This document shows, in pieces, positions 48,505 through 57,893 of a stretch of DNA of 64,000 nt; within the stretch, counting starts at the first letter, position 1; each line of letters opens with the position of its first letter. The notes under the pieces were generated by a model. The model ran no database searches and was not told where the DNA came from. It worked only from the letters and a program-made list of their open reading frames with translations. The position numbers and the translations under genes were made by a program. Source of the DNA: Nitrospirota bacterium (lineage in GTDB: Bacteria > Nitrospirota > Thermodesulfovibrionia > Thermodesulfovibrionales > SM23-35); the NCBI GenBank assembly GCA_040753615.1, contig JBFMDO010000014.1, forward strand, positions 2,456-66,455, given 5' to 3'.

Positions 48505-49344
48505 ATGGCTTCTCTTTATATTTTGATTGCCATCTTCCTCTGGAGTTCTCTTGGGGTAGTTGTAAGGCTCTCAGGGGTAGAGATACATCTGCTCATCTTT
48601 TATTCAATTATTGTATCCCTGATTGTTCAGGCAGCAATATTATCCCGCAAAAAATACAGGAATAAATTTCCTCATAGAAAAAATCTTAAATACCCGATAA
48701 TACTTGGATCTTTTTCACTCCTGAATACCTTTACCTACTACTATGCCTTTAAACATACCACTATATCAAATGCAGTCCTCACGCATTACACTGCTCCTGT
48801 AATTGTTGCCTTTCTCGCGGCATTTTTCTTGAAAGAAAAGATTACAGGGAAACTGATTGGTGTTATTATTGTGGCATCTACAGGATTATGGATAATGCTC
48901 AATGGGTTTGTAATCGAAAAGGGTCAAACATTAGGCATAATGGCGGGACTTGCGTCAGGAGTTGCGTATGCTATAATTGTCATCTTTTTGAGAATGCATG
49001 CCCGCAATTTTAATCCCATCGTTCTTGCATTTTTCTCAAACGCCACCATTGCAGTGATGCTCTTACCTTTTATAAGCAGCGTTCCTTTAAAAGCCGTATG
49101 GAGTTTTTTGTTTATGGGTATAGTTCATTCGACTATTGCACCCATTTTATATTTTAAAGGACTTCAATATATTACCGCCAACAGGGCTGCTGTACTCGGT
49201 TATCTCGAGCCTGTCTGCGCTATTATCTTCAGCATGGCATTATTAAATGAAGTGATAGGGATGAATTCCATTATCGGTGGAATTCTGATAATTTTTTCAG
49301 GTTATCTAACATTAACCCAAAAAGTGCATTTGAATAATAATTAA
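48505..49344 (+). CDS. EamA/DMT-family transporter
   Basis: 279 aa with 10 TM segments arranged as two EamA-like halves. Confidence 0.8.
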   Translation: MASLYILIAIFLWSSLGVVVRLSGVEIHLLIFYSIIVSLIVQAAILSRKKYRNKFPHRKNLKYPIILGSFSLLNTFTYYYAFKHTTISNAVLTHYTAPVIVAFLAAFFLKEKITGKLIGVIIVASTGLWIMLNGFVIEKGQTLGIMAGLASGVAYAIIVIFLRMHARNFNPIVLAFFSNATIAVMLLPFISSVPLKAVWSFLFMGIVHSTIAPILYFKGLQYITANRAAVLGYLEPVCAIIFSMALLNEVIGMNSIIGGILIIFSGYLTLTQKVHLNNN

Positions 49345-49364
49345 GGCAGGCACATATGCCTGCC
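49345..49364. terminator. Short hairpin between convergent genes
   Basis: GGCAGGCA-CATA-TGCCTGCC. The U tract is weak. Confidence 0.4.
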
Positions 49365-49396
49365 TCCCAATAAATTAATTGCGTTTTTTTGGTTAA

Positions 49397-50617
49397 CTAT
49401 TTATAAAGAGTGGAAGCTATCTTCACCGTGAGGTCTCCTAACATATTCGTATAACTTCCCAGCTCATTATCATACCACCCATAAATTACTGCCTGTGTAA
49501 TAGGTATTTTTATATTTGGCTGTTCAAGTGTTATAAAGCTTGTCCTTGTCTGTGTCTCGGTGCCTTCAATGATAGTAGCAGGGCCAAACATCCCGATTAT
49601 GTCTGAAGATACATTCTGATCTTCTGTGTATTTTATATAGCCCCTTTTTTCTTTCTTTTCAGCCTCATGATAAATGTTGTTGATAAGTGCTGCGTTAATT
49701 TTTGGTTCTTTAATATCATCACAAAAAGTAATTACAAGAATAATTAATGAGCCGGTTGTTACAGGAACGCGTACTGATTCTGCAATAAATCCTATCTTAT
49801 TCATCTCAGGGATTACTAATCCTAATGCCTTTGCTGCCCCTGTTGTAGTCAGTATGATATTATTTATTACGCTTCTGTTTTTTCTTAAGTCAGTAGCCCC
49901 TGCTTCAGGCAGTCTGTCCAGCACCTCTTGAGTGCCTGTAACAGCATGAATTGTAGACATAGAGGCGCTTAATATTTTTTGAGAACCAAGATAATCTAAA
50001 AGAGGCTTAACCATATATGCAAGGCAGGTGGTTGTACAAGAGGCAGCCGAAATGATGTTATGTTTATTATAATCAAATTTATCATCATTGATGCCCATTA
50101 CGAGAGTGACTGCATCTTCTGGCATAGGAAGACCTTTTGTTTTTATCTTAAATGGCGCTGAAACAATAACCTTTTGTGCCCCTGCTTCTAAATGTCCTCT
50201 TACAGACCCCTTTTTGTCATCAGATGGAACTGTCGGATCTTTGAATTTGCCTGTACTATCAACAACTATCTTTACACCATACTTGCCCCACTGAATGTCT
50301 TTCGGGTTACGGTTTTCTCTCAGTATAGTTACAGGTATGCCATCTATTACCATTGTCCCTTTTTCTTCATTTAGGTTTTCTATTACCCTTTTTGCTTTAT
50401 GTCCGTAGAGATAACGCTGGAATGTTCCATATGTAGAATCTTTCTCGAGATAGAGGGCGAGATCTTCAAGTTTGGTTCCCACCTGTCTGCCGATGTTTAT
50501 AATTATTTCTGAAAAATACTTTTTGCTTATATGATGCCAGAGTGTAAGTTTTCCAATCCTGCCCAGACCGTTTATACCGAGTACGGACTTATTTCCTGAA
50601 ATTAACTTTTCAGCCAT
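49397..50617 (-). CDS. Glyceraldehyde-3-phosphate dehydrogenase family protein (long form)
   Basis: 406 aa with the NAD-binding GINGLGRIGK, catalytic SAASCTTTC and STIHAVTG. It is about 70 aa longer than the canonical GapA because of internal insertions. Confidence 0.75.
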   Translation of the reverse strand: MAEKLISGNKSVLGINGLGRIGKLTLWHHISKKYFSEIIINIGRQVGTKLEDLALYLEKDSTYGTFQRYLYGHKAKRVIENLNEEKGTMVIDGIPVTILRENRNPKDIQWGKYGVKIVVDSTGKFKDPTVPSDDKKGSVRGHLEAGAQKVIVSAPFKIKTKGLPMPEDAVTLVMGINDDKFDYNKHNIISAASCTTTCLAYMVKPLLDYLGSQKILSASMSTIHAVTGTQEVLDRLPEAGATDLRKNRSVINNIILTTTGAAKALGLVIPEMNKIGFIAESVRVPVTTGSLIILVITFCDDIKEPKINAALINNIYHEAEKKEKRGYIKYTEDQNVSSDIIGMFGPATIIEGTETQTRTSFITLEQPNIKIPITQAVIYGWYDNELGSYTNMLGDLTVKIASTLYK

Positions 50618-50994
50618 TGCTCTTATACCTCCCTGATATCTAAAACTTTTTCAGTTCTAATTATATAATATAAATACATATTTTGCATTCATAACAGTCC
50701 AAAACAACAAAAACAGAAAAGAGGCTGGGTGCTGAAGAAACACAATGACGACACCTTAGAAAGAAAACGTAATGCTTCCTAAATAACATCATATGAGAGT
50801 TATCCATATAAGGATTATATACAAAAATGAGGTTTGCCAGATAAATTATCATGTCGATTCAGTGTGTTTATGAGGCATTTAGCCTCTTATATAAAATTAT
50901 CTTAGACAGGTTTGATTTTGCATTAAATGGAAAAAACCTGTAATATTATTCTTGAAGGGTATTAATCTAATCAGGTTTAAGAGAATTAAGATTC

Positions 50995-52065
50995 TTGGAA
51001 AAAAATAGCAGTTATTATAAGAGAAAAGGTATGTCGTTTAATTCAAAAATAATTAATTATATTTTCACTGTAGATAAACAACAGAGAATAATTTCCTGTA
51101 ACAAAGAGGAGGAAAAGATTTTTGGGAAATCTTTTCCTGAGGTGCAGGGGCTTCCCTATTATGAAATAATCCCGAGAATAAAGAAAGACGGTAAAGATAT
51201 AGTCAAGCAAGTATTAAAAAGCAGTGCGCCGGTTTTTTTAAAGGGATATCATATCCCGTGTTTTTATGGACATATAACCATGGACATACAGATTGTACCT
51301 GTAAAAGATAAAGCTGGCAAAATAACAGGTGCAAATCTCCTATTTGAAGAAAAGCGAGGTTGTCCGATAAAAGAGAGACTCAAACAGTCCCAAACATTTA
51401 TTGATATAGGCAGAATTGCGGCAACTTTTGCTCATGGCATAAGGAGTCCATTAAATGCAATTAAAGGGTCTGTGGTATACCTTAGAGAAAAATATGCTGA
51501 TGAGAAAAGACTTATTGAATTTACAAAGATAATAGAGGAAGAGATTGCCCATCTCGATAACTTTATAGCTAAATTTCTCAGTGCTTCTGTTTTTGATTTT
51601 GATAAAGGATTCTCTATAGTAGATATAAACTCATTATTGAAAAAAATAGAAATTTTGACCTCGTTACAGGCTCAGTCTTATAAAATTAAGACTTTTTATG
51701 AATATGGCAAGGTTTCTCCTGTGATAATAAATCCCTTTCACCTTGAACATGCTTTGTTGAATGTTATTAACAATTCTATTGAAGCGATGTCTTCAGGAGG
51801 GACTCTCAGAGTAAAGACACAGACTGAAATTAGTTCAGGTACCAATTTTGCTATGATTGAGATTTCGGATAGCGGTCCAGGTATAAGTAAAGAAAATAAT
51901 AAAGTGCAACCTGATAACAATAAGGGAAGAGGTTTGGGGTTATTTATTACCCGTGAAACCCTCAAATCGTATAAAGGACACCTCGAGGTAAAGAGCAAAA
52001 GAGGGACCGGAACTATTGTAAAGTTATATATCCCTACAGGACACGCAGATGGTAAACAGGGCTGA
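50995..52065 (+). CDS. Soluble PAS-domain sensor histidine kinase
   Basis: 356 aa with the H-box FAHGIRSPLNAIKG, N-box NVINNSIEAM and G-boxes ISDSGPGI and GRGLGLF. No TM segment is present. The start could be TTG 50995 or ATG 51031. Confidence 0.8.
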   Translation: MEKNSSYYKRKGMSFNSKIINYIFTVDKQQRIISCNKEEEKIFGKSFPEVQGLPYYEIIPRIKKDGKDIVKQVLKSSAPVFLKGYHIPCFYGHITMDIQIVPVKDKAGKITGANLLFEEKRGCPIKERLKQSQTFIDIGRIAATFAHGIRSPLNAIKGSVVYLREKYADEKRLIEFTKIIEEEIAHLDNFIAKFLSASVFDFDKGFSIVDINSLLKKIEILTSLQAQSYKIKTFYEYGKVSPVIINPFHLEHALLNVINNSIEAMSSGGTLRVKTQTEISSGTNFAMIEISDSGPGISKENNKVQPDNNKGRGLGLFITRETLKSYKGHLEVKSKRGTGTIVKLYIPTGHADGKQG

Positions 52066-53398
52066 TGGAAGGATTTTAATAGTTGATGACGAACCAAACG
52101 CTCTTAAGGTACTATCAGCGATTCTTTCAGAAGCAGGTTTCAGTGTTGTGGAGTCATCAAATGGTGAAAAAGCCGCAAAAATAATTTCGAGGAAAAATAT
52201 AGATGTAGTTATTACAGACCTGAAGATGCCCGGCAAGGACGGGATGCAATTATTTGAATATGTCCTCGCAAATAATCCTGATATCCCTGTTATCTTCCTC
52301 ACAGCCTATGGGACAATTGATTCTGCTGTCTATGCAATGAACCGGGGAGCCTTTTATTATTTTATTAAACCTCCTGATTATCTAAAGCTTAAAAACATGA
52401 TCGATAAGGCATTAAGCCAACGACTTATGAAAAAGGAACTCGAAATTCTGAGGCAAAAACTTTCAGACGAGAATAATAATATTCCTATTATTGGAAAGAC
52501 TCCTCAGATGCTTAAAATACTTGATACAATTAATGCAATAAAGGACTCATCAAGCAGTGTTCTCATTTATGGTGAAACAGGCACTGGAAAGGAACTCGTA
52601 GCTAATGCACTTCATTTTAGCAGTATAAGAAAAGATAAGCCTTTTATTCCTGTTAACTGTGCTGCTATTCCAAGAGATCTCATGGAGTCAGAACTTTTCG
52701 GGTATGAAAAAGGCGCATTCACAGGCGCTATTTCAAAAAGGATCGGAAAGATTGAGGAAGCCTCAGGTGGTAGCCTTTTCCTTGATGAAATAGGGGAACT
52801 CGAACTTCCGCTTCAGGCGAAGCTTTTACGTGTTTTTCAGGACAGTGAGATAGAGCGTCTCGGCAGTAATAAAAAGATAAAAGTAGACTTCAGGCTCATT
52901 TGCTCTACAAATCGTGACCTTAAAAAGGCAGTAGTATCCGGAGATTTTAGAGAAGACCTTTTTTATAGAATTAATGTTATACAACTAAATTTGCCATCCC
53001 TCAAGGAAAGAGGTGATGATATTCCTTTGCTGGTGTCAGGATTTACTAAAGAATTCTGCGCGAGAGAAAAGAAAATGCTTAATGTATCTACAGAAGTTAT
53101 GGAGATACTCAGAAATTACTACTGGCCCGGCAATGTAAGACAACTTAAGAATATTATAGAAAGAGCAGTTGTACTGGCGAAAGAAGACAATATGTTGTTA
53201 AAGGACTTACCTGAAGAGTTTTTACCCCCTAAAGTAGAAAGTGTGTTTCCATTCCCGAAAACTCTAAAAGATATGGAGATACACGCTATAAAGAATGCAA
53301 TGAAGGAATGCAAGGGAAATAAATCAAAATCTGCAAAGATGATTGGAATATCAAGAAAGGCATTTTATAAAAAATTAAAAGAGTATCAACTTATCTAA
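52049..53398 (+). CDS. Sigma-54-dependent response regulator (NtrC family; PrsR-like position)
   Basis: 449 aa with a receiver (VITDLKMPG), an AAA+ core (GETGTGKE, ESELFGYEKGAFTGA) and a Fis-type HTH. It overlaps the kinase gene by 17 nt. Confidence 0.9.
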   Translation: MVNRADGRILIVDDEPNALKVLSAILSEAGFSVVESSNGEKAAKIISRKNIDVVITDLKMPGKDGMQLFEYVLANNPDIPVIFLTAYGTIDSAVYAMNRGAFYYFIKPPDYLKLKNMIDKALSQRLMKKELEILRQKLSDENNNIPIIGKTPQMLKILDTINAIKDSSSSVLIYGETGTGKELVANALHFSSIRKDKPFIPVNCAAIPRDLMESELFGYEKGAFTGAISKRIGKIEEASGGSLFLDEIGELELPLQAKLLRVFQDSEIERLGSNKKIKVDFRLICSTNRDLKKAVVSGDFREDLFYRINVIQLNLPSLKERGDDIPLLVSGFTKEFCAREKKMLNVSTEVMEILRNYYWPGNVRQLKNIIERAVVLAKEDNMLLKDLPEEFLPPKVESVFPFPKTLKDMEIHAIKNAMKECKGNKSKSAKMIGISRKAFYKKLKEYQLI

Positions 53399-53606
53399 AG
53401 TGTATCGAATAAACACACAGAGACAGCATAGATGTTTCCAAACGATACATTTATTTTTATAAAATCTTCCTGATAAAAAAGATTTCTTCCCAAAAATTTT
53501 TTGAACTTTTTTATTAACATCCCGATTGAAACTCTATGATATATTTGATTTTTTAACTAATTGAAATTTATTCATCAGACATATTTAAATCTCTTAAATT
53601 TTTTCA

Positions 53607-53622
53607 GGTATGTTTATTGCTC
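53607..53622 (+). promoter_or_regulatory. Possible sigma-54 promoter upstream of the NusG paralog
   Basis: AGGTATGTTTATTGCT has GG and GC at the consensus 12-nt register. The -24 element is degenerate (GGTAT instead of GGCAC). Confidence 0.3.
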
Positions 53623-53648
53623 TCTAACAAAAAGGGGGGATATTTATC

Positions 53649-54143
53649 TTGGATTGGTTTGCCTTATACGTTAAATCAAGACATGAATTTGTTACTGATA
53701 ATGAATTACAAAAAAAGGGTATAGAGACTTTTCTACCTTCTGTAAAGAAACTATCTCTTTGGAAGGATAGAAGAAAATTTATTGATTTCCCTCTTTTCCC
53801 CGGCTATCTTTTCGTTAATATCTATCCCGATCCCGAAGAATTTATTAAAGTGCTTAGAACAAGAGGGGCTGTAACATTTATCTCAGATGCGCCAGGTTGC
53901 CCTACGCCTGTGCTACCTGAAGAAATAAATTCCCTAAAACTCATGATTAATAGTGGTCAGAAATTGGATATCTATCCTCACATAAAAGAGGGGGCATGGG
54001 TTAGAGTCAGGAGAGGTCCGATGAAGGGTGCAGAAGGTGTCCTGACAAAAAAAGAAGACGAACATATTTTTATCGTTAATATAAAACTTCTTGGTAGAAG
54101 TGTAGGCGTAAAAATCTATGCTGATGATCTTGAAAACGCCTGA
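53649..54143 (+). CDS. NusG-paralog transcription antiterminator (RfaH/UpxY/LoaP-like)
   Basis: 164 aa with a TTG start after AAGGGGGGA. The NGN domain is WFALYVKSRHE...PLFPGYLFV and the KOW motif is GAWVRVRRGPMKGAEGVL. Confidence 0.8.
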   Translation: MDWFALYVKSRHEFVTDNELQKKGIETFLPSVKKLSLWKDRRKFIDFPLFPGYLFVNIYPDPEEFIKVLRTRGAVTFISDAPGCPTPVLPEEINSLKLMINSGQKLDIYPHIKEGAWVRVRRGPMKGAEGVLTKKEDEHIFIVNIKLLGRSVGVKIYADDLENA

Positions 54144-54151
54144 TAATAGTT

Positions 54152-54196
54152 AAGCGGTTTAAACTGTTCAAGCGGTTTAAGCGGTTTGAACCGTTT
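54152..54196. repeat. Three copies of AAGCGGTTT plus a near-palindrome
   Basis: AAGCGGTTT occurs at 54152, 54170 and 54179, the last two in tandem. AAGCGGTTTGAACCGTTT is a near-perfect dyad. The region lies directly after the NusG-paralog stop. Confidence 0.6.
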
Positions 54197-54280
54197 AATT
54201 TGTCCCTGAATTTCTTCTCAGTTGTTAATGTAACTGAGAAGGCGGAGCATTGCTTAAAAATTATTCAAATATCTATCTTT

Positions 54281-54400
54281 AAAACCACCTTCTTCCCTCT
54301 TTTCCAAATCCCGAAGGCTTTCGGGACTCTTTAGTAAAGAGGGATACACACCCCTACCCCCCTCTTAATAGAGGGGATAGGGAAGATTTTATGAATAAGT
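54281..54400 (+). repeat. 120-bp composite hairpin repeat, copy A (left flank of the EPS export block)
   Basis: It aligns without gaps to 61676-61795, with about 10 mismatches in 120. It contains nested hairpins: CCCTCTTT...(CCCGAA-GGCT-TTCGGG)...AAAGAGGG and CCCCTACCCCCCTCTT-AATA-GAGGGGATAGGG. Confidence 0.9.
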
Positions 54401-54454
54401 AATATTTTCATTCTCCATTGTGAACTAAAGGCTCATCAATATACCAGAAACTCT

Positions 54455-54820
54455 ATGAAACAAATATTAATAATTGACGAAGATACTTTTTCAAAAATCT
54501 GTGCGGCTATCCTTGAACTTGAAGGATACAAGGCAGAGATAGTCAAAGACCTTAATAGCCTCAAATTGAACACTGATAACTTTGCATTGGTAATAATGAG
54601 TTATCCATTTGGATACTTTTTATTTGAGGATATAAGGAAGATAAATCTTCCAACAATTGTATTGACTGATCATATTAATAAAGATGTTGTCAATCTACTC
54701 GAAGATCTTGATAAATCTTATTGTATGGTAAAGCCCCTTGATTATCAAAAGTTCAGATATTTAGTGAATCAAATACTAAAGGGCAATATATCTGATACAA
54801 AAGAGATCAATATTCTATAA
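54455..54820 (+). CDS. Receiver-like domain protein lacking the phospho-acceptor Asp (pseudo-receiver)
   Basis: 121 aa with a REC-like fold pattern (ILIIDED...MVKP). The expected acceptor position reads VIMSYP, with Ser in place of Asp. Confidence 0.55.
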   Translation: MKQILIIDEDTFSKICAAILELEGYKAEIVKDLNSLKLNTDNFALVIMSYPFGYFLFEDIRKINLPTIVLTDHINKDVVNLLEDLDKSYCMVKPLDYQKFRYLVNQILKGNISDTKEINIL

Positions 54821-54829
54821 GTATAGCAA

Positions 54830-55051
54830 ATGAAAAAAACGATGATATTAACCACCGCCGGCGTTGCAAACAAAATTTTTATACTTGTTACAGTCCCACT
54901 TGCACAAAAAATCGGGGAAATTGTAAAATCTACAAATCACCGCTATATACTTACAGGGGATATGGGTCTACCTAATGAGCCGATAGATGTGCCGACAAAT
55001 TCTATTTTAATGAATGAGAATGTGGCGAAAACGGCAATGGCAGTGGACTGA
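54830..55051 (+). CDS. Hypothetical small protein
   Basis: A 73-aa ORF in the operon context. It has no clear SD and no recognisable motif. Confidence 0.3.
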   Translation: MKKTMILTTAGVANKIFILVTVPLAQKIGEIVKSTNHRYILTGDMGLPNEPIDVPTNSILMNENVAKTAMAVD

Positions 55052-55144
55052 ATTATATAAAGCACATGTCTTTATTTTTCGATGCTATAGTCATCATGGA
55101 GACAGTTAAAGTAGTATTATTTGGAAGAGGAGCAAGATAGCAGA

Positions 55145-56314
55145 ATGAAAAAAGGGATATTAGTATTTATTCTGATTTTTCTATTTAGCTGTGCAACAAC
55201 TGGAGATATTAAAAAAGATGAGAATGTTTCTATTACAGGGATCGAGGTTCAAGACTGTGCGCTAACAATAAGGGCTAATAAACCATTTATATATACCATA
55301 TCCAAATCGAACAATCCTAATAAAATAATCATCGAACTCCCTAATGTGAATATCGGTGAATTTAACTCCAAAATCATTTCTAACAAAGCAGGTATAAGAG
55401 AAATAATCCCTTCACAAATTTTGTTACCAAATGCTATTGCAAAAATCGAGGTAATGTTGCGGAAGACGTCTATATTTACTCCGGAATATAAAGACAATGC
55501 GGTGACAATCATAATACAGGAACTTGAAACATCTCATCCTCCTTTGGATACAGATGTTTCTGTTGATAAGGGCTATACAATTGGGGATGAGGATGTTCTT
55601 CAGATATCTGTATGGGGAAGTCCTGAATTAACCGTTGAAGTTCCTGTAAGACCTGATGGCATGATTTCTGCCCCCCTCGTAGGAGATGTCAAAGTAGCAG
55701 GACTTACACCACAGGAACTCAAGATCAAACTCGAAAAAGAGCTTACGAAATATATTAAAGCACCATCTGTAAGCGTGATTGTAACAGCAATAAACAGCTT
55801 CAAGATCTTTGTAATCGGAGAAGGGGTATCAACGTCAGGAACAATAACATTAAGAAGAAACACCACTCTTTTGCAGTTGCTTTCACAACTTGGTTCACTT
55901 CAGAACGCTGATCTTAATAATTCTTCCGTGATTAGAGGCGGACAAAAACTCGCTGTTGATTTATATAAGCTTGTAATAAAAGGTGACATCACACAAGATG
56001 TTCATCTCAGGCCAAATGATACAATATTTATTCCTGATAACTTCACAAAAAGAATCATGGTTGTGGGTGCGGTCAGGACGCCGAGTTCTATTCCCTATAG
56101 AGAAGGCATGACCACCCTCGATGCTATATTGAGTGCCGGCGGGTTTACAGAATTCGCTGATCAGAATGACGTAGTTATTGTAAGAAAAGAAGGGAATGAG
56201 GTAAGAAATATAGAGGTAAGATTAAAAGATGTAATGAAAAAAGGTGACATTAATAAAGATCTATCTTTAAAGCCAGGTGACCGTATAATAGTTAAAACAG
56301 GGGGGATATTTTAG
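55145..56314 (+). CDS. Polysaccharide export outer-membrane lipoprotein (Wza/PEP-CTERM export type) with N-terminal AMIN-like domain
   Basis: ATG 55145 gives MKKGILVFILIFLFSC, which carries a lipobox. An AMIN-like beta domain is followed by a Poly_export motif (YTIGDEDVLQISVWGSPEL...VRPDG.ISAPLVGDVKVAGLT) and SLBB repeats. Confidence 0.85.
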   Translation: MKKGILVFILIFLFSCATTGDIKKDENVSITGIEVQDCALTIRANKPFIYTISKSNNPNKIIIELPNVNIGEFNSKIISNKAGIREIIPSQILLPNAIAKIEVMLRKTSIFTPEYKDNAVTIIIQELETSHPPLDTDVSVDKGYTIGDEDVLQISVWGSPELTVEVPVRPDGMISAPLVGDVKVAGLTPQELKIKLEKELTKYIKAPSVSVIVTAINSFKIFVIGEGVSTSGTITLRRNTTLLQLLSQLGSLQNADLNNSSVIRGGQKLAVDLYKLVIKGDITQDVHLRPNDTIFIPDNFTKRIMVVGAVRTPSSIPYREGMTTLDAILSAGGFTEFADQNDVVIVRKEGNEVRNIEVRLKDVMKKGDINKDLSLKPGDRIIVKTGGIF

Positions 56315-56322
56315 AAAGAGCT

Positions 56323-57879
56323 ATGCAGGGAAATCCATCTGACTTTGATATAAAGCATTATATAGCACTAATAAAAAGGAAGAAATACGTAGCCCTTTCT
56401 ATCGGATTGATAGTGCTATCTTTATTTGCGTGGGGAAGCTTTTTTATGCCGAATATATATGAAGCAAGCACTACTGTTACAATAGAAAGAGATTCTGTGT
56501 TACAGCCTCTTATAAAGGGTGTAGGGGTTTCGCGAAGCATGGAAGACAGCATCAGCAATATCAGGAACGAGATTACAAGCAGGAGTATTATAGAAAAGAT
56601 TATAAAAAAACTTGGTTTAGACGCAGACATCAATAGCCCTGTGCAATATGAGGCGCTTATAGAGAGCATGCAGAAAAATTTGAATATTACGGTAAGGGGA
56701 AGCAGGCCTAACTTTTTCAATATTTCCTATACGGGAGATGATCCTAAAAAAGTAACAGATATTGTTAATACTATTACAAGTGAATATATAGAAGGGCAGA
56801 TGATTTTCAGGAGAACAGACGCAACAGATGCATATGATTTCATACAGGCTCAACTGCTGGAATATAAGAATAAGCTTGAAGAATCTGATAGGGCAATAAG
56901 GGAATTTAAAGAGAAACATCCTGATGTGGTTCCCCGGAGCGAAAGCACACTTCTCACCAGATTGGAGAGTTTGGAGAGTTCAAGGATGGACGCAGAGATC
57001 AGGATGAAGGAACTTCTTAAAAAGAGAGATAATCTTCAAAAGCAGCTTTCAGGTGAAAAAGAGCTTACTGTTGCTATTGTAACACGAGAAGGTTCACCCC
57101 AGACAAGACTAAATTACCTGAACAATCAACTTATGCTTCTGTTAACTAAATATACTGAAAGTTATCCTGAGGTAATCAAGATAAAAAGCGAGATAGAGGA
57201 ATTAAAACAACAAATATCTGAGGCAAAAAAGCCACAAGTAGAAAGTTCAGGCTCCGAAACTTCTACCTTGAATCCAATTTATCAGCAATTAAAAGAAGAA
57301 TTGGCAAAGACCGAGGCTGAAATAGAGTCTTTAAAGGCAAGATCAACAGAACTTTTGAGACAACAACAGGAAATTCAGAAGATATTTGGACGGATGCCAA
57401 AAGAACAGGAAGAATGGACAAAACTCCAGAGAGACAGGAATGTATATCAGCAGATATATGATCAGCTACTGGAGAGACTTGAAAACGCGAGGGTTTCAAA
57501 AGACCTTGAACTTACCGACAAAGGTGAACCTTTCAGGGTTATTGACCCTGCAATACAACCTTTATTCCCGGTAAAGCCCAATAGAGTCAAAATGATAATT
57601 TTAGGATTATTTCTCGGCATAGCTTCAGGAATAGGTGCAGTTATAGGGCTTGACTATTTCGACCGCACTTTTAAAGATGAAAATTTAATTGAATCCACTT
57701 TAAAAATACCCGTGTTTGCTGTGATCCCCAAAATAGTCACAGAGGCAGACGAGCTTTCAGCAAAAAGACTTGATAGGAAGGTCTTTTTCGCCACAGGTGG
57801 ATATCTCTTTATCATAGGACTGATATTTGTAGAAGAATTCATATCGAGATACGTGGGTATTAATATCATTAATTTTTAG
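56323..57879 (+). CDS. Polysaccharide chain-length determinant (GumC/Wzz; PEP-CTERM locus type)
   Basis: 518 aa with an N-terminal TM, a Wzz motif, a long coiled-coil periplasmic region, the proline-rich PAIQPLFPVKPNR and a C-terminal TM. Confidence 0.85.
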   Translation: MQGNPSDFDIKHYIALIKRKKYVALSIGLIVLSLFAWGSFFMPNIYEASTTVTIERDSVLQPLIKGVGVSRSMEDSISNIRNEITSRSIIEKIIKKLGLDADINSPVQYEALIESMQKNLNITVRGSRPNFFNISYTGDDPKKVTDIVNTITSEYIEGQMIFRRTDATDAYDFIQAQLLEYKNKLEESDRAIREFKEKHPDVVPRSESTLLTRLESLESSRMDAEIRMKELLKKRDNLQKQLSGEKELTVAIVTREGSPQTRLNYLNNQLMLLLTKYTESYPEVIKIKSEIEELKQQISEAKKPQVESSGSETSTLNPIYQQLKEELAKTEAEIESLKARSTELLRQQQEIQKIFGRMPKEQEEWTKLQRDRNVYQQIYDQLLERLENARVSKDLELTDKGEPFRVIDPAIQPLFPVKPNRVKMIILGLFLGIASGIGAVIGLDYFDRTFKDENLIESTLKIPVFAVIPKIVTEADELSAKRLDRKVFFATGGYLFIIGLIFVEEFISRYVGINIINF

Positions 57880-57893
57880 ACGAGGAATATTTA

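Noticed and set aside
50661-50852. A 63-aa ORF (-) in the spacer upstream of the GAPDH-like gene.
   Set aside because: It lies in an AT-rich promoter region and has Cys- and Tyr-rich nonsense composition. It has no SD.
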